A stretch of DNA of 64,000 bases from Catajapyx aquilonaris (taxonomy: Eukaryota): the NCBI GenBank assembly GCA_000934665.2, contig KZ538291.1, forward strand, positions 1 to 64,000, read 5' to 3'. Every line of letters begins with the position of its first letter. Position 1 is the first letter of the stretch. Below, in pieces: positions 1-12,818 of the stretch. A program made the translations under genes and the position numbers. The notes under the pieces were generated by a model. That model made no database searches, had not been told where the DNA came from, and worked only from the letters and a program-made list of their open reading frames with translations.

Positions 1-130
1 GCCGCAAACTTGAAAGGGGCGTAACTCGGTGACGGTGCGTTTCCGACCCCTTGTTCCTTATGCAAAAATGCTCACACCTGCGCCCTCTACCACCACCTTT
101 TCTGGTGACACGCTTAGGATTAACACCCTG
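1..130. mobile_element. Right end of a Tc1/mariner-type MITE (truncated by window edge)
   Basis: Ends in acaccctg followed by TA, the same CAGGGTG-type terminus seen in complete elements elsewhere in the window. Confidence 0.45.
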
Positions 131-194
131 TATAAAGCAGTACAGGGGTTCATTAAAAACCTGGTAATAGCTAATTTTACAGTATCTAGGACCA

Positions 195-272
195 TTTTCT
201 GATTAGCCGTCTGTTCCGATTATCCGGCGACACCTGTGCAGAAATTAGCCCGGATAATCGGGAGTACATTGT
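195..272 (+). mobile_element. Partial Tigger/pogo-like MITE, same family as 17776-18113
   Basis: ccgattatcc..gacacc..gcag..attagccc.gataatcgggagt.cat/ctg+TA is shared with 18058-18115. Confidence 0.6.
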
Positions 273-775
273 ACAATGAAAACTTCACTGCGCATGTACC
301 TAGTTAAATTTACTGCAACTCTCCACCTGTCAATTTACTAAGACCGACCGGTAAAACCCCTTTATGCAAAGGCCTATTTTCCACTCTGAAGATCACAGGA
401 CAGAGTTACCTTGCAACAAATAAAACAGAATCAAAAAACAAGGCTTACATGCGGGCTATTATGCACATCTCATGTATGGAAAACCTACCCCCCCTGGTAA
501 CATGTATGTATTCAGCTTTGTCGGGTGAGGTCCTTCACAAATAATTCGCTTTGCACAAGTACGCTAGCATAGGTCTTTGATATGTAGGGTACAAGGTACA
601 AAGCCTAGTCTGCTAGCCTGCTTTGAAAAGGGTTGCTTCGAATCACTGCACCGCACCGGTACATGTACTGCCTTTCCTGTCTTTTGTAGACTAGTGAAAG
701 ACGGTCGAACATGTGTAGCGCAGTGGCTCACAAATTTATGGGATTAAATCTAGACGGCAGTCTGGAACATTTTAC

Positions 776-1260
776 AACAAGATCAGAAAAGCGTGATTCG
801 ATGAGACTTTTTCTTATTCTTTCAAGTATGAGCATGTGAATCGATATATCGATACCAAGTACCCTGGGCAACAGTATCAGCTTGGGCGATTACATCATGG
901 CGGCAGAGGACCCGCATCGAAACATGTCCAACGTCAGAAATTAATTCGGAAGCCCGGGTGCCATAACGCCAGGTAAAACACGCGTAAATCCTCGAAATGC
1001 TTGGTCAGGAATCCAGCGAAACTAATTTTGAAATCAAATGATAACCCGCCCGTAAAGTAGACTTGGGGATAGAGTGAACCTGTACAACCGGAAGTGGCAG
1101 GTCATCGGAGGTTGACCATGAAACCTATTTAGGTCACGCTTAATCGGAATCTGAAAACCGTTTATCTCTTGCGGTTTAGGCCGTGATAGCTGTCCACAGA
1201 CAGACAAACGGACGGACGGATAGAGTGGTTCTGTAACACTTTTTCCGCTAAAAGTCTAAA
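776..1260 (+). mobile_element. DINE-1/Helentron-like non-autonomous rolling-circle element, copy 1
   Basis: Starts AACAAG followed by gtgattcga..agactttt. Conserved block gatagagtgaacc..ccggaagtggc..gaccat..gaatc..tgtccacagac, then a (GACA/GACG)n microsatellite and a terminal actttt...aaaagtct inverted repeat. The same blocks recur at 5118, 44652 and 59942. Confidence 0.7.
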
Positions 1261-1380
1261 ACCTGCATATAACAAACCTTTATTAACGGAACCCTGTCTA
1301 TAACGGAAATGTGCCATATTAAAATAATATTACATTTAAATAATATGACATTTAAAATATTAAATACAAACTCATATTAA

Positions 1381-1562
1381 ATGAAAAATAATATTACCTG
1401 AAAAATTATGTTATATGAAAAATTGTTACATGAAAAATAAATTTACATGAAAAATGAATTTACATGAAGAATAATTTTACATGAAAAATAATTTTACATG
1501 AAAAATAATTTTACATGAAAAATAATTTTACATGAAAATAATTTTACATGAAAAAATAATAT
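1381..1562. repeat. 17-bp AT-rich minisatellite (atgaaaaataattttac)n
   Basis: About 10 tandem units visible; a related array lies at 7920-8365. Confidence 0.9.
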
Positions 1563-2264
1563 TAAATGTATCGTACTATTATCCATCGACAAATTCCGTT
1601 ACAGACGGGTTTTAACTGATGTATACCCTTTAACGCAGCACTGATTGAGCATCATACCCTCTGCTGAGAGCTCTCCTACACTCCAAGCACTACTTAGAAT
1701 CCTCCCCACCCACTCCCTAGAAAGCTCTCTGAACAACAACAACAAGCCCTGGCAGTAACGTAATAACCCGCAGCCGTGATGAAATGCAGAATCTGGGCAA
1801 AAGAAGTCCTTTTCATCTCATGCTGCAGCCTCTTGGTCCATGGACTGCATTATACATATAACACTCTTCCCACCGCCATCCTGCCGAGGCTTGGAGAGGC
1901 TTTTGCGGCGTCTCTCGTTTCAAGCCCTGGTGCAGAGGCTTTTGTGCCTGGGACCACCACTGAAGTTAATGAAAAACGAAACGAAGGTTCCAACTTTGAC
2001 TTTGGTCAAGTATTCGATGGCAAAACCGGGGCCTACAGAAGACCCCAAAGGCGGTTCTAATGAAGCGGTGGAAAGACGAGGAGGGAATCTGCTGACCTTA
2101 CTGACCTTTCCTTACAGAGCTGTTATTGGACACCCGGTTGTTCAGATGGATACAGACTGGTCGGAAGAAACACGGTTACAAAGAGAGTCTGAGGGGTTTA
2201 TACGGGCTGTCGTTGTCCTTGGGTCTTTGTACTTTAATTGACGCAAATCAGCGTTAGAAACCTA

Positions 2265-3020
2265 GTATCGACATATCGATCCGGCGTTACATATATCGAT
2301 CTTATTGGTAATATATCGGCATTACAATACAGGTTTGGCACATGACTTATCAATGGAATTTTTGACATATCAAAATATCGATATCGTGTTTGAAATACCG
2401 ACGCGACGAATCAATCTCATAAGCGAGATATCGACTATCGATATAATGGGGCGACAGCTTGATCTCGATCGATATACTTGCATATCGATGTTTCAGTACA
2501 TCAATGTTTAGAACCTAGATAGACTTATCGATATACTTCCTAGATCTCCATATATCGCCATATCGGAGTTGACATATTGCCATATCGATGTAGTCTTTGT
2601 TAACTTTGTTAAATTTATCGATACAAATTTTATATCAATACTGACTATTCGATCTCATGACAGAAAATACGAATCTATCCGGTGTTCAAAATTTAGAACA
2701 CCTACATCATCGATATATCGATAAGTCGATCTAGGTTCGATACAAACTCTGTTAAATATATTGATACAAATTTTATGTCAATAATGCCTGCTATATTTTA
2801 TATTACAGGATTCGTATTGATCTGGTCTTCAATATATCGAACCCCGACCTCATTGATATATCACCGATATAGGTTCGATACGTTGACATATCAAACTCTG
2901 TTAAATTTAGCGATACCAATTTTATGGCAATACTTACTGCTTCATCTCATGTTAGAGACATCGTATCGATCTAGTGTTCAATATATCGAACCCCGACCTC
3001 ATAATTATATCGATACACTA
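2265..3020. repeat. Degenerate ATCGAT-rich repeat block
   Basis: Dense atcgat/tatcgata motifs and an internally repeated segment (aaactctgttaaatt..gatac..attttat). Confidence 0.7.
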
Positions 3021-3915
3021 TCATCTCAGTATAAAACACCCCCATTAACTCTCCCATCTTCCCACCAAAACTTTGACCAATAACTTGACAGCCTTGTTTA
3101 CACCTCATTAAAGCCCTAAGTTGGTGTAACATCCACTCTCTCAGCTTATCTCCTCCAGTTCAGATTCTGCTGACGCTTCTTCCTTACAAGACGTGGCCTC
3201 AAAATGGGGTTAAAGAGCTAAAAACTACCCAAACTTTTTTTTGTTGTCTCTGTGTGTTAATGCTCAAGCGACAAGGATGGTGTAATCAATACACTTGCCT
3301 TGATAATGTAGTCAACAAAAGGCACCTCATCTGGCGGCCTCTGTTGGGTCGGAGGGCGCAACTTTTCCTACGAGACAATAGGAGGGGTTTACGACAATCG
3401 CGGAGCTCTTTACGATCAAAATTCGCGGTGTAAAATTTCATCTGGAAAATCAACGAGCGCGAAGGCATTGGTTGAAATTTTATGAGCCAGCAAAAGCAAG
3501 CTAGAAAAAGCGCCAAGTCAGCTGTAATCAACTCGCGTTTTTTTGTAAGCAAGCTCAGCGGGTTTGTTCTTTTTTTTGAGTAAGGACTGGGGGAGGAGGA
3601 TAGCTCTTGGCGCCCGCAACTCTAATAGAACAATCTAATCCTAGAACCAATCTACAAGATGCCAATCCAAAGTACTGGAGGTCGGTGTACTGTTTGGGTT
3701 CAATCGGGGGTGTGTGTCGGGAATTGTCGAACCTAGAAACCTACTCGAAGCATTACATTTTACCCAACTTTGGTGTAATATAGACAAAATAGCAGTATCA
3801 ACATCTTCCTCACTATCCTCAGTATCACCATCTACCTCAAGATCACCACCTTCCTCAGGATCATCACCTTCCTCACTATCCTCAGTATCACCAGCTACCT
3901 CAAGATCACAAACCC

Positions 3916-4070
3916 CAGGTCCCCATCCCCAGGTCCCCATCCCCAGGTCTACATCCACCAGGTCACCATCCCCAGGTCCCCATCCACCAGGTCACCATCC
4001 CCAGGTCCCCATCCCCCAGGTCACCATCCCCAGGTCACCATCCCCCAGGTCACCATCCCCAGGTCACCAC
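3916..4070. repeat. 14-15-bp minisatellite (ggtcaccatcccca)n
   Basis: About 10 tandem units; explains the Pro/Ser-rich ORFs. Confidence 0.9.
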
Positions 4071-4499
4071 CTTCCTCAGGATCACCACATCCTCACTACT
4101 ATCACCATCTTCCTTATTATCATCACAGGTTTCTAGGTTGAACAAATCCACATCAGATCCACATCTTCCATCACTATATCACCTTGTACACACCGCAATA
4201 TCGGTTGGAAATATGTAACCCGTTTATTACGGTCAAACTGCCACATTCGGCGGGAATTGATAATTTTGGGTTAATTGCTCATAACTTATTGGAGCATTTA
4301 TTAACCGCCAGTTGGGATTCCGTTTATCGCGCAAATGAGCCCACTAATTTATTGCAATACCTACAGAGTACTGACGTTCACATGAATTTCACTGGCCCTT
4401 TCAAAAGCCCGCACCATTTGGATTTAATAACTATTATTATTATTAACAATAATGATGATTGTTGGGCTACACTTTTGTGTAGTGAGACTGCACTGTTAC

Positions 4500-4690
4500 C
4501 TACGTTCCTAGGCGTGTATCCGCTTAACATAGGGGTGTATCCGCTGAGCATATGGGTGTATCCGCTGAGCACAGGGGTGTATCCGCTGAAGGATAGGTGT
4601 GTATCCGTCGGGTCGAAAAGTTAAGTCATGAAGTAGGTTGGTGCAGCGTACCCATATTAGGTCTCCCATTACGAAAGTCCTTCCGATTTT
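4500..4690 (-). mobile_element. Partial reverse copy of the MITE at 25681-26138
   Basis: gtgtatccgctgaaggatagg units and ggtctcccattacgaaag are reverse complements of the internal units and terminus of the 25681 element. Confidence 0.7.
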
Positions 4691-5117
4691 TGTAGACATT
4701 GTCATAATATTACTAGTGTTGTAATCTCCTTGTTGGTTAGAGTGGGCTTTGTTGCCATTTCTAGGGGGTTAGATCTAACCGCTTTAAAGGGCTCTTCAAA
4801 CATACTCCTCTTCATTAATAAGTCGTTACACCACATATTATAATCCCTGGACGCGGCTGTCATTATAACCCATCTCCACTTAGTATCTTAAGTGATGACG
4901 TAATTAGTGGACAAGCTCCCCTGCCTATAAGAGCATATCCACTCTGCGGCCTGCTTGATGAAGTTAGCTACTCCCTTTTATGTAATTATAACCATGCATA
5001 GTACTTGCTCCTCATAGAGTACGGCTGAACTATTTCGAAACACTACTTGAAATATTTTAAAAAGGTTTACTAGCTCATTTTTAGCCTGCTTCAAGTAATA
5101 AGCAGGTCTGCTCATAG

Positions 5118-5485
5118 ACAAGATTGACAAATCACCTGAGAGTGATTCCAGTAGACTTTTTTTTACATTGGGCAGTGGGAAATTAGACTGACAACTTTGT
5201 TGAATACGATACGATATGACACGATGCGATTCTAACTAGACAACACTGTCAGAGTGTTGTTAGTCTCATTAATTTCTTATTGCCAACCTTGGCAGATAGA
5301 GTGAACCAAGTAAACCGGAAGTGGCCGATCAGAGGAAGTGACCATAAAACATATTTAGGGTCCGCTGAATGCGAATCCAAAAACAGTTTGTCAATGTCTC
5401 TTGCGTTTTAGGTCCCGATTCCTGTCCACAGACGGACGGACGGACAGAGCTGTTCTATAAGACGTTTTTATGAGATTTAAAAAAA
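5118..5485 (+). mobile_element. DINE-1/Helentron-like element, copy 2
   Basis: acaagattgacaaatcac..gtgatt hairpin, agtagactttt, conserved gatagagtgaacc block and the cagacggacggacggacag microsatellite. Confidence 0.75.
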
Positions 5486-6482
5486 TAACGTTATTGTTCA
5501 CCCTAGAACCTTCTTATAGAACTCCATTTTTCCTCTGTAGATTCTTCCCCCTCGTCTGAAATCGAGTTCATAAAGTGCACCAATCCTAGGAGTGCTTTCA
5601 TTTCGAAGGGGGCTTAACCTTCCCCCGTAGGTCTCTCCCCCCCCCCCTCCCCCCCACTCCAGCTTTAGACCTCATCTATTACAAGGAAGATCTTTGGTTC
5701 TTAAGGTTTGTCCTATCAGCATCAAACGTGTGCAGGAGGAGAGAGGGGAGGCCACCATTTTTTGGACCTTTATAGATCCGGTATTAACTTTGGCGCCACA
5801 TTTGTACAGGGTGGTTCAACAGGAATGACCAGTGCAGGCGGTCAAAATATAGACTTGGGGCACTGGGTAACTAAAAAGGCAATTTTTAATTTTGGGACAG
5901 TACATTTAGTATAACGTGTAGCCTATTGCTAATAACAATTTTTAATATATTTTTGTTGATTTAATTCTATTATAATGTTTTATTTTATTAAATTTATTTT
6001 AATTTTATCCACTTGATTCGATTGGGTCTAATTAATTTTATATTTTTAACTTATAGCTGATTTATTCTATTATATTTCATTGTAGCTCATATATCAATTT
6101 TCTTTGTTATCGTTTATTTTATATAATTTTAATATTTAATATTATTTATTGTTTAAAATAAAATAAATGAAATATATAATATGATTATTTTCATATTATT
6201 TATTGTTTAAAATAAAATAAATGAAATATATAATATGATTATTTTCATATTATTTATTGTTTATTTTACTGTTTTAATATTATTATCTACTTGAGTTGAT
6301 ATTGCTTAATTAGTTTTTAAAAATATAATGTTAGCTCATAGCAAATTTATTCTACTCTATTTCATTATAGACAATTGATTTTTAATTTTCTTTTATATTA
6401 CCTATTTTATTTCAAATAATATTGTAGGCTATATTAAAATTTATTTATTTATTTTCTGAAACTGAAATAAAATGTCAAGAAA

Positions 6483-6590
6483 TTTAATTTAATTTAAATA
6501 TTATTTATCAGTAATTTAATTTAAATATTATTTATCAGTAATTTAATTTAAATATTATTTATCAGTAATTTAATTTAAATATTATTTAAC
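6483..6590. repeat. 27-bp AT-rich tandem repeat
   Basis: atttaaatattatttatcagtaattta about x4. Confidence 0.85.
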
Positions 6591-7708
6591 ATTAATTTTA
6601 TTTTCAATATTTTAATTTTATTATTTTGTAGCCCTGACTACCACTCGGACAGGTGGCAGCACCGTCAGTCCCCCTTGCCTTCTAGCGCCATCTCTGATCG
6701 GACGGCGCAACCATCGATTCCGGATCCTCATTAAGACCGGGTTTAAAATAAATGAGATTCCAGTTCCCACCCTCCTTTGCTCCACCTTTGCTTGCTAAGG
6801 TGGTACACAAAATCAGTGGAGCATACAGCACAGGTCCTAACACAAACTTGTTCTTGCCTTAACTCGAGTACAAAAGCCTCCCCTCCCTCGTCATATAAAC
6901 TGTGGGACACGGGCCAGCTGTGACCCTGCCAAGACCCTGCCCTGCTCTTGACCAAAAAATAAAATTGTATATAATAATATAAAAAAAACAAGAGAGAAAA
7001 AAACGCTAGGAACTTTTAATACGCTCATAAAGCGCCCGACGCGGCCGGGCGTTCCATAAAGCCTGGAAATTGTACAGGAAATAATTAGGACCTAGGGAGA
7101 GGGTAGTTATGATGCGGGTGGGCCAACTAGCCCCGAGGCTAATTAGACGAAGAGAAAAAGTGATTTTGGAGCATAATCGGTTCTAAGTACAGTTTATGAG
7201 CACCGTATGAGTACGAAAGGTATGGTGACCATAGATAAGTGGTCATTATTTTTTGAAAGTGTCCATCTTGTTCATTGTAATATATGGCCATATTAGGTAT
7301 GTGCCTGTTTGTCAGTGGGGAGTCATCACTAGTGTGTTGAGAGACACTGTTTGAAATGACGACAAATTATGGCAAAAAAATTTGGCTCAAACACTTTGAC
7401 ACCCTGAGGCTTTATAGCGTGTAACCCCTCGTCTGATTCCTGGCTACCGTTGCCAAAAAATGGCGTTGAATTTGACAACTCCGTAATTGGCCCGCCAAAC
7501 AACTAGAGACCCCTACTACCTCCTAACTGCAAAAAAAAATTGGCCAATTTTTGCTCCTTCTCGTTGACTCCTCTCGTGATTTACAATCGCATGACCGGGG
7601 CCAACTTTCGCGTGCGATTTTGACCCCCCTCCACCACTCTGCACCACTCCACCCCGACCCACTATTCGAACGTGGTAGTTCGCAGATTCTAACTTTTCCG
7701 CTATTGTA

Positions 7709-8498
7709 CAGGGTGATCAGAAATTATTGCCAATACTGTACAGCACAGTATAATAATACGAAAATGAATGAACTAAAATTAAATTAAATTAATCCAAAAT
7801 GCAGAAAATTAAATAGTCTCTGATAATTTAGGAAATAAAATTAAGCTTATACGAAAATGAATAAATAAAGTATGAAAATATAATAAACGAAAACGAATGC
7901 AATAACGTTACATGACAAATAATATTACATGAAAATTCATATGAAATGGATAAAATAATATTACATGAAAATTCATATGAAACGGATAAAATAATATTAC
8001 ATGAAAATTCATATTAAATTGATAAAATAATATTACATGAAAATTCATATTAAATTGATAAAATAATATTACGTGAAAATTCATATTACATGAAAATTCA
8101 TATTACATGAAAATTCATATTAAATTGATAAAATAATATTACGTGAAAATTCATATTACATGAAAATTCATATTACATGAAAATTCATATTGATAAAATA
8201 ATATTACATGAAAATTCATATTAATTGATAAAATAATATTACATGAAAATTCATATTAAATGGATAAAATAATATTACATGAAAAATATTACATGAAAAA
8301 ATATTACATGAAAAATCATATTACATGAAAAATCATATTACATGAAGAATAATATTACATGGAAAATTAAATCATTAAAACAAAATTCTGAAATTAAAAT
8401 GAGTTAATAATATAAAAATATCGGTCAGATCATGAATTGTTAATGCATGTACATAAATGTCGATTTGCTCGGGTAGGAGGTAGTTCCGGTACACCCTG
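7709..8498. mobile_element. Degenerate Tc1/mariner-type MITE with an internal AT-rich minisatellite (7920-8365)
   Basis: TA+cagggtgatcagaa ... ttccggtacaccctg imperfect TIRs around a (tattacatgaaaattca)n array. Confidence 0.5.
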
Positions 8499-10070
8499 CA
8501 CAGAGTGTGAGAACTACTAACTGTATACTGTTTCCTAATTCATCTAAAAATGTTTGCAAAATTTTTCTCCGTCGATGTCAACACTGGCGAAATGTCCTGT
8601 GCAAAATCCAGTACACGTGTACCATTGTGCTCTACATTAGCAGGGTGTGTATAGCATGCATGAATTAACAAGTGCAGTCCATATACTGTTATTGTGGGAG
8701 AGAGGGTATAGGATGTGGGGGCTATGGAGTTTGGTGGAGGGTAGAAATCAATATGGTCTAGAACATGGGCTTGGGTTGACCGCCAGTTAAGCAACGATAT
8801 TGGTGGGGGTGTACTATGTATAGGTTTATAACGGTGCTCACGAATCACAATACGTTATTCAGGCCCATACGCGTAATACTGAATAGAACCCAGTTTCTAT
8901 GCGGTTAAGCGATTTTGGATACACAAAATGGATGGATACAGAGAGAAGGGGTTTAAAAAAAAAAGTGCCGGTTCTAGGGTCTATTAATCCCATAAAGGGA
9001 AGCCGGTTTTCGCATGGCCAGTAAGCTAGTCTACCTATCAAAGCCTAACACTGATAAATGACTGTATACTTTGTAGCGGAACAGAAAAAAATTTGGCGGA
9101 CTAATACACATTCTGGCAGTAAAAAAAGGTCAAAGGTCATTAAGAAAATAATGAAAATAGTACGCTCTATTTTTCGGTTTATCTATGCAAAAACTATGTT
9201 TTTTTTAGCTGGATTGTCCGATTCAATTACTATTTCTACGCTTCATCCGAAATTATTCATGGCAAATGTGTCTGTTTCCATCAATCAAAATTCTGGTATT
9301 TCAAGCAGTGATTACGTCACAACAATGCAATATTTGGACTCGGGTACATTCCAGGTTTTAATGGGTGACAGATGCTTGACGTCACTTGTAGTTGCGGGAC
9401 AATGTAATATATATGCTAGTTTGTAAGCCTTAAATAGCTTGGGATGACAGACAGGGATCATGACCTGTCAAGTTTCGTGACCTCAGTCGTCACGTCAGTC
9501 CGACACGTCAACATTGAGCTGGCACCGCAACTGTCTCGTGTACTTTGAAGCTTTAATTTTAAAGTAATTAAGCGCAAGGACCCTGCTAATTTTTTTGTAA
9601 TTTTAAATTTAAATTCGTACAATTCAGATTTTTAAATGTTATTGTTGTAATTATCGAACCAGACATGCAAACTTGTGCAAAGTAGTGCAAAATCCGGGAT
9701 TAGCCTTATTTCCAACCGGTGCGTACATTTCACTGTACAGGCTGCCTGGCACGTCTAGTTTCAAACTCTCAAGATCATCTCAACAAGATGTGACACCTCT
9801 ATGCAAAAGTTTGATAAATCGAAGCTCCAACAGGCCATTCCTCCCTTAAAAATGAAGAAAAAAAAGTTGCTATACTGTAGCTCCACTTTCAGATGCGGCC
9901 ATTTTGAATCCGAAAAAAATTCGCCCCAAAATCTATCCCGATCATACATTATTTCATATTATATGCGTAATTTATTGACCCTATTTACGATTTATGATTT
10001 TAATTAAAATAAATTTTTGAAATACTGTATTTATTCACTATCTTGGTGTAAACAAAAGTTGAAGAATAGA

Positions 10071-10450
10071 AGTGAGTGATCCCCAGGAGTGAATGATTCC
10101 CAAGAGTGAATGATTCCCAAGAGTATGTGATTCCCAGGAATGAGTGATCCCCAGGAGTGAGTGATACCTATAGGGTATAATGTAGATCGGGTCAGGACTG
10201 TGTGCCAACATCGGCCCAACATCGGATGCCAACGTCGGCCCGATGTGACAAAAAGTTAACCGTTTTACATTGGCCCGACATCGCTCCCCAACATTGGCCC
10301 GATGTCATCTGCCAACATTTGGCCGACGAAGTGTGCTACCTGGGTAGGAGTGAGTGATACCTAGGAGTGAGTGATACCTATGAGTGAGTGATTTCCAGGA
10401 ATGGATGATCCCCAGAAGTGAATGATCCCTAGGAGTGAGTGATTCTCAGA
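10071..10450. repeat. ~17-bp minisatellite (ggagtgagtgataccta / gattcccaggagtgaat) interrupted by an insertion
   Basis: Tandem units lie on both sides of 10171-10344. Confidence 0.85.
10171..10344. mobile_element. Truncated CCCAG-terminal DNA-transposon derivative inserted at TA
   Basis: Internal ccaacatcggcccgatgt repeats, right terminus gtgctacctggg, TA on both sides (10169-70, 10345-46); left TIR not recognisable. Confidence 0.55.
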
Positions 10451-11380
10451 TGTTACTCATCCCAAGGAGTGACTAAACCATCAACTCTTCCTGTCGCGGT
10501 ACCTCTACGAACCGTCACCTTGGGTAGACCGACGATTAATTTTCTCCCAGGATTACAACGCCATCTATGGGCCATCGACGAACCATCGACACGGGAATTT
10601 CTAATGAGACGTCGTATTTCACACGGGAAGGCAGGTTGGGATGGTTCACCTTGTCATGTGTGTGGGATGAATATGGATGAAGTCGATGGGGGAGCGTTTT
10701 TGGCATTTTGAGCTTTTTTGGAGCGTGGAGAGAGGGCGTAGCGCAATGCATAGAAATGCTCATTTAATGCTCGAAAATTGATCGATTGGGTTTCGGATGG
10801 GTAGTGGAGGCGTTAAATAGTTTTGGAAGCGAGGATCCGTTGGTATTATGTACGTTCGGTGGATTTTAATACCGAGGGTTTATTGGAGAGACCAGTTCAA
10901 GGTTTTTTGTCAGCACGACAAGGTTTACTTGCTGGAAAAATTGGTTGAGTTATGTACTGGCCATTGTTACGCCTTGAGAGGATCAGGTTGGTCTTCACGT
11001 GCATGGTCTCCCATCAAGAACAATCAGGGGAAAGAATGGCCCGATTGTTTATTCCTAGTGATAATATCGCAGAAAATAGTGGGGCCATTGGAACGTCTGG
11101 GTTGCATGTCATTGTGTAATTTTGAAAACAAACAAGCAAACAAACCGTCGCGATATAAAAGATGTGGTCAGGGGTTTAGGACGACAACTAAAATGATGAA
11201 AATAGACTTGAAATTGGACACATCAATAGAAGACAATCGATAGAGCATAACCCTTCCTAAATAAGCAAGAACTATATTCGCAAAAATGAGCACTATTTGC
11301 TATATTCACTGGCCTCTACTACAGCATGAAAATTGTTTAGATATTTCAATATATTCCCCGATAGAGAAATACACATTGTA

Positions 11381-11445
11381 AACGAGATTGGCAAACCACG
11401 CGAGAGTTATTCGAGTAGACTTTTTTTCATTGGACCGTGGGAAAT
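11381..11445 (+). mobile_element. Isolated terminus of the Helentron-like family
   Basis: aacgagattggcaaaccacgcgagagttattcgagtagacttttttt matches the ends at 5118 and 44652. Confidence 0.7.
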
Positions 11446-12306
11446 CATAGTTTGTAATATCAACATATCACAAATATTTCGCAATATTTGTACATACTGT
11501 TCTTAACAAATTGTTTCTACCTTGTAACTACAAGGATCATTACCATCCTCCTCCTACAGGGTGGCCACGAGGAAAAAATTAGTGAGCAATTTTTGCTGAT
11601 TCGGGTCACGATCCTCCTGCCCCTGCACTCTTCGTCTTCATACATTCCGATATGGCGTTTTAGTGGCTCCATAGCCCATGACTTCCATGAAGAAGCAAAC
11701 TGCCCAAACTTTTTTCCCTCCCCAAACTCAGAGGGGGAGAGGGAGGTTGAATCCTGCTCCTTCCCCCTTCCCCCTACCGCTCAGGGGCCGGAATCGTGAC
11801 ACGGCCTCCAAATGGGCCACTTTGCCCAGCCAGTGAGCCTCTTACCGCTCGCCTCCCTAACCATTGTTTGTGTAATAAGAGATGCGGACCCACCCATCCT
11901 CCAGAATCCCACTCTTCCAGCAGCTTCCATGGGAAAACTACTTTTCCAACGAACATTCCGTGTGATTTTTTTTTTTTGGGGGGGGGGAGGTCCAGAGAAG
12001 TGTTTGCTACCTGCGTTGTAAACAACGTACTGAAAAGACGTGGTTATCAGCTGGCCACCATGTCTGATTGTCCAAATCTGCTCTGTCAGATTGGTAACAT
12101 TGATAGCAAGTGTTTCATCCTGGCATGTAGACAACCCAAGTGCCTCTATTGGCTAACGGGAAGGTTGCTTTACAGGCAGCTCAGCTACTGGGATATCCGG
12201 ATCCGACCTGGATGTCTCCTTGATATCGGTTCGGGCATCTTTTGGACATCCTATTCTTGTGATATTTGGACATACATTGGATATACATGGGGGCGTAATC
12301 TCGGAT

Positions 12307-12529
12307 CTGCCGTCAGATGTGAGAGGACCGTAACTCATTATCCACTTCCCTTGCGGCGAGAAAAGAAAGCAAGTGTTACCGAAAGCATCCAAAAGGTGGC
12401 GTTGGGGGAAGGGGGAAAAAGGAACGGCACCCCAACTCCACCTGTTGGGTGCTTTTGGTACCACTGCTTTTAATCTCGCCGCAAGGGGAAGTGGACATTG
12501 AGATACGGTTCTCTCCTATCTAACGGCAG
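12307..12529 (+). mobile_element. 223-bp MITE with ~55-bp imperfect TIRs and 4-bp TSD (GGAT), copy 1
   Basis: ctgccgtcagat...cttgcggcgaga / tctcgccgcaagg...atctaacggcag, flanked by ggat on both sides; a near-identical reverse copy lies at 62395-62617. Confidence 0.9.
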
Positions 12530-12818
12530 GGATGACCCCTGGATGTCGCGTCTGATCGGTCTGAAATCCAGGGGACATCATGTAGATATCAATATGAGGG
12601 GAACGGAGGCATATTTCGATTCGCTCTTTGGCAGTCATCGGACTGGGGCTCCACCAGAACGACACTGTACCATACCTCTCACATAGATGGCGATCTGTAC
12701 TATCCTCCCAGTCTCAGATTGTTGACAAACAATCGGAATGACACTCAATTCTGGTAACCTAATATTTGTGTATTTAGTTCACCAGATAATCACAGTCTTT
12801 TTTTCCCTCCAATCACAG

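Noticed and set aside
2099..2240. Possible extra exon after ctgacctttccttacAG
   Set aside because: The acceptor looks plausible, but there is no convincing donor and no frame resembles Dpr or a signal peptide
3641..4136. Pro/Ser-rich and acidic ORFs
   Set aside because: Derived from a 14-15-bp minisatellite and low-complexity DNA
8540..8848. LINE endonuclease-like NGTRVLDFA motif
   Set aside because: Single short resemblance without other APE or RT motifs
11796..12473. 225-aa ORF upstream of the exon
   Set aside because: No recognisable motif, crosses homopolymer runs and ends inside a MITE
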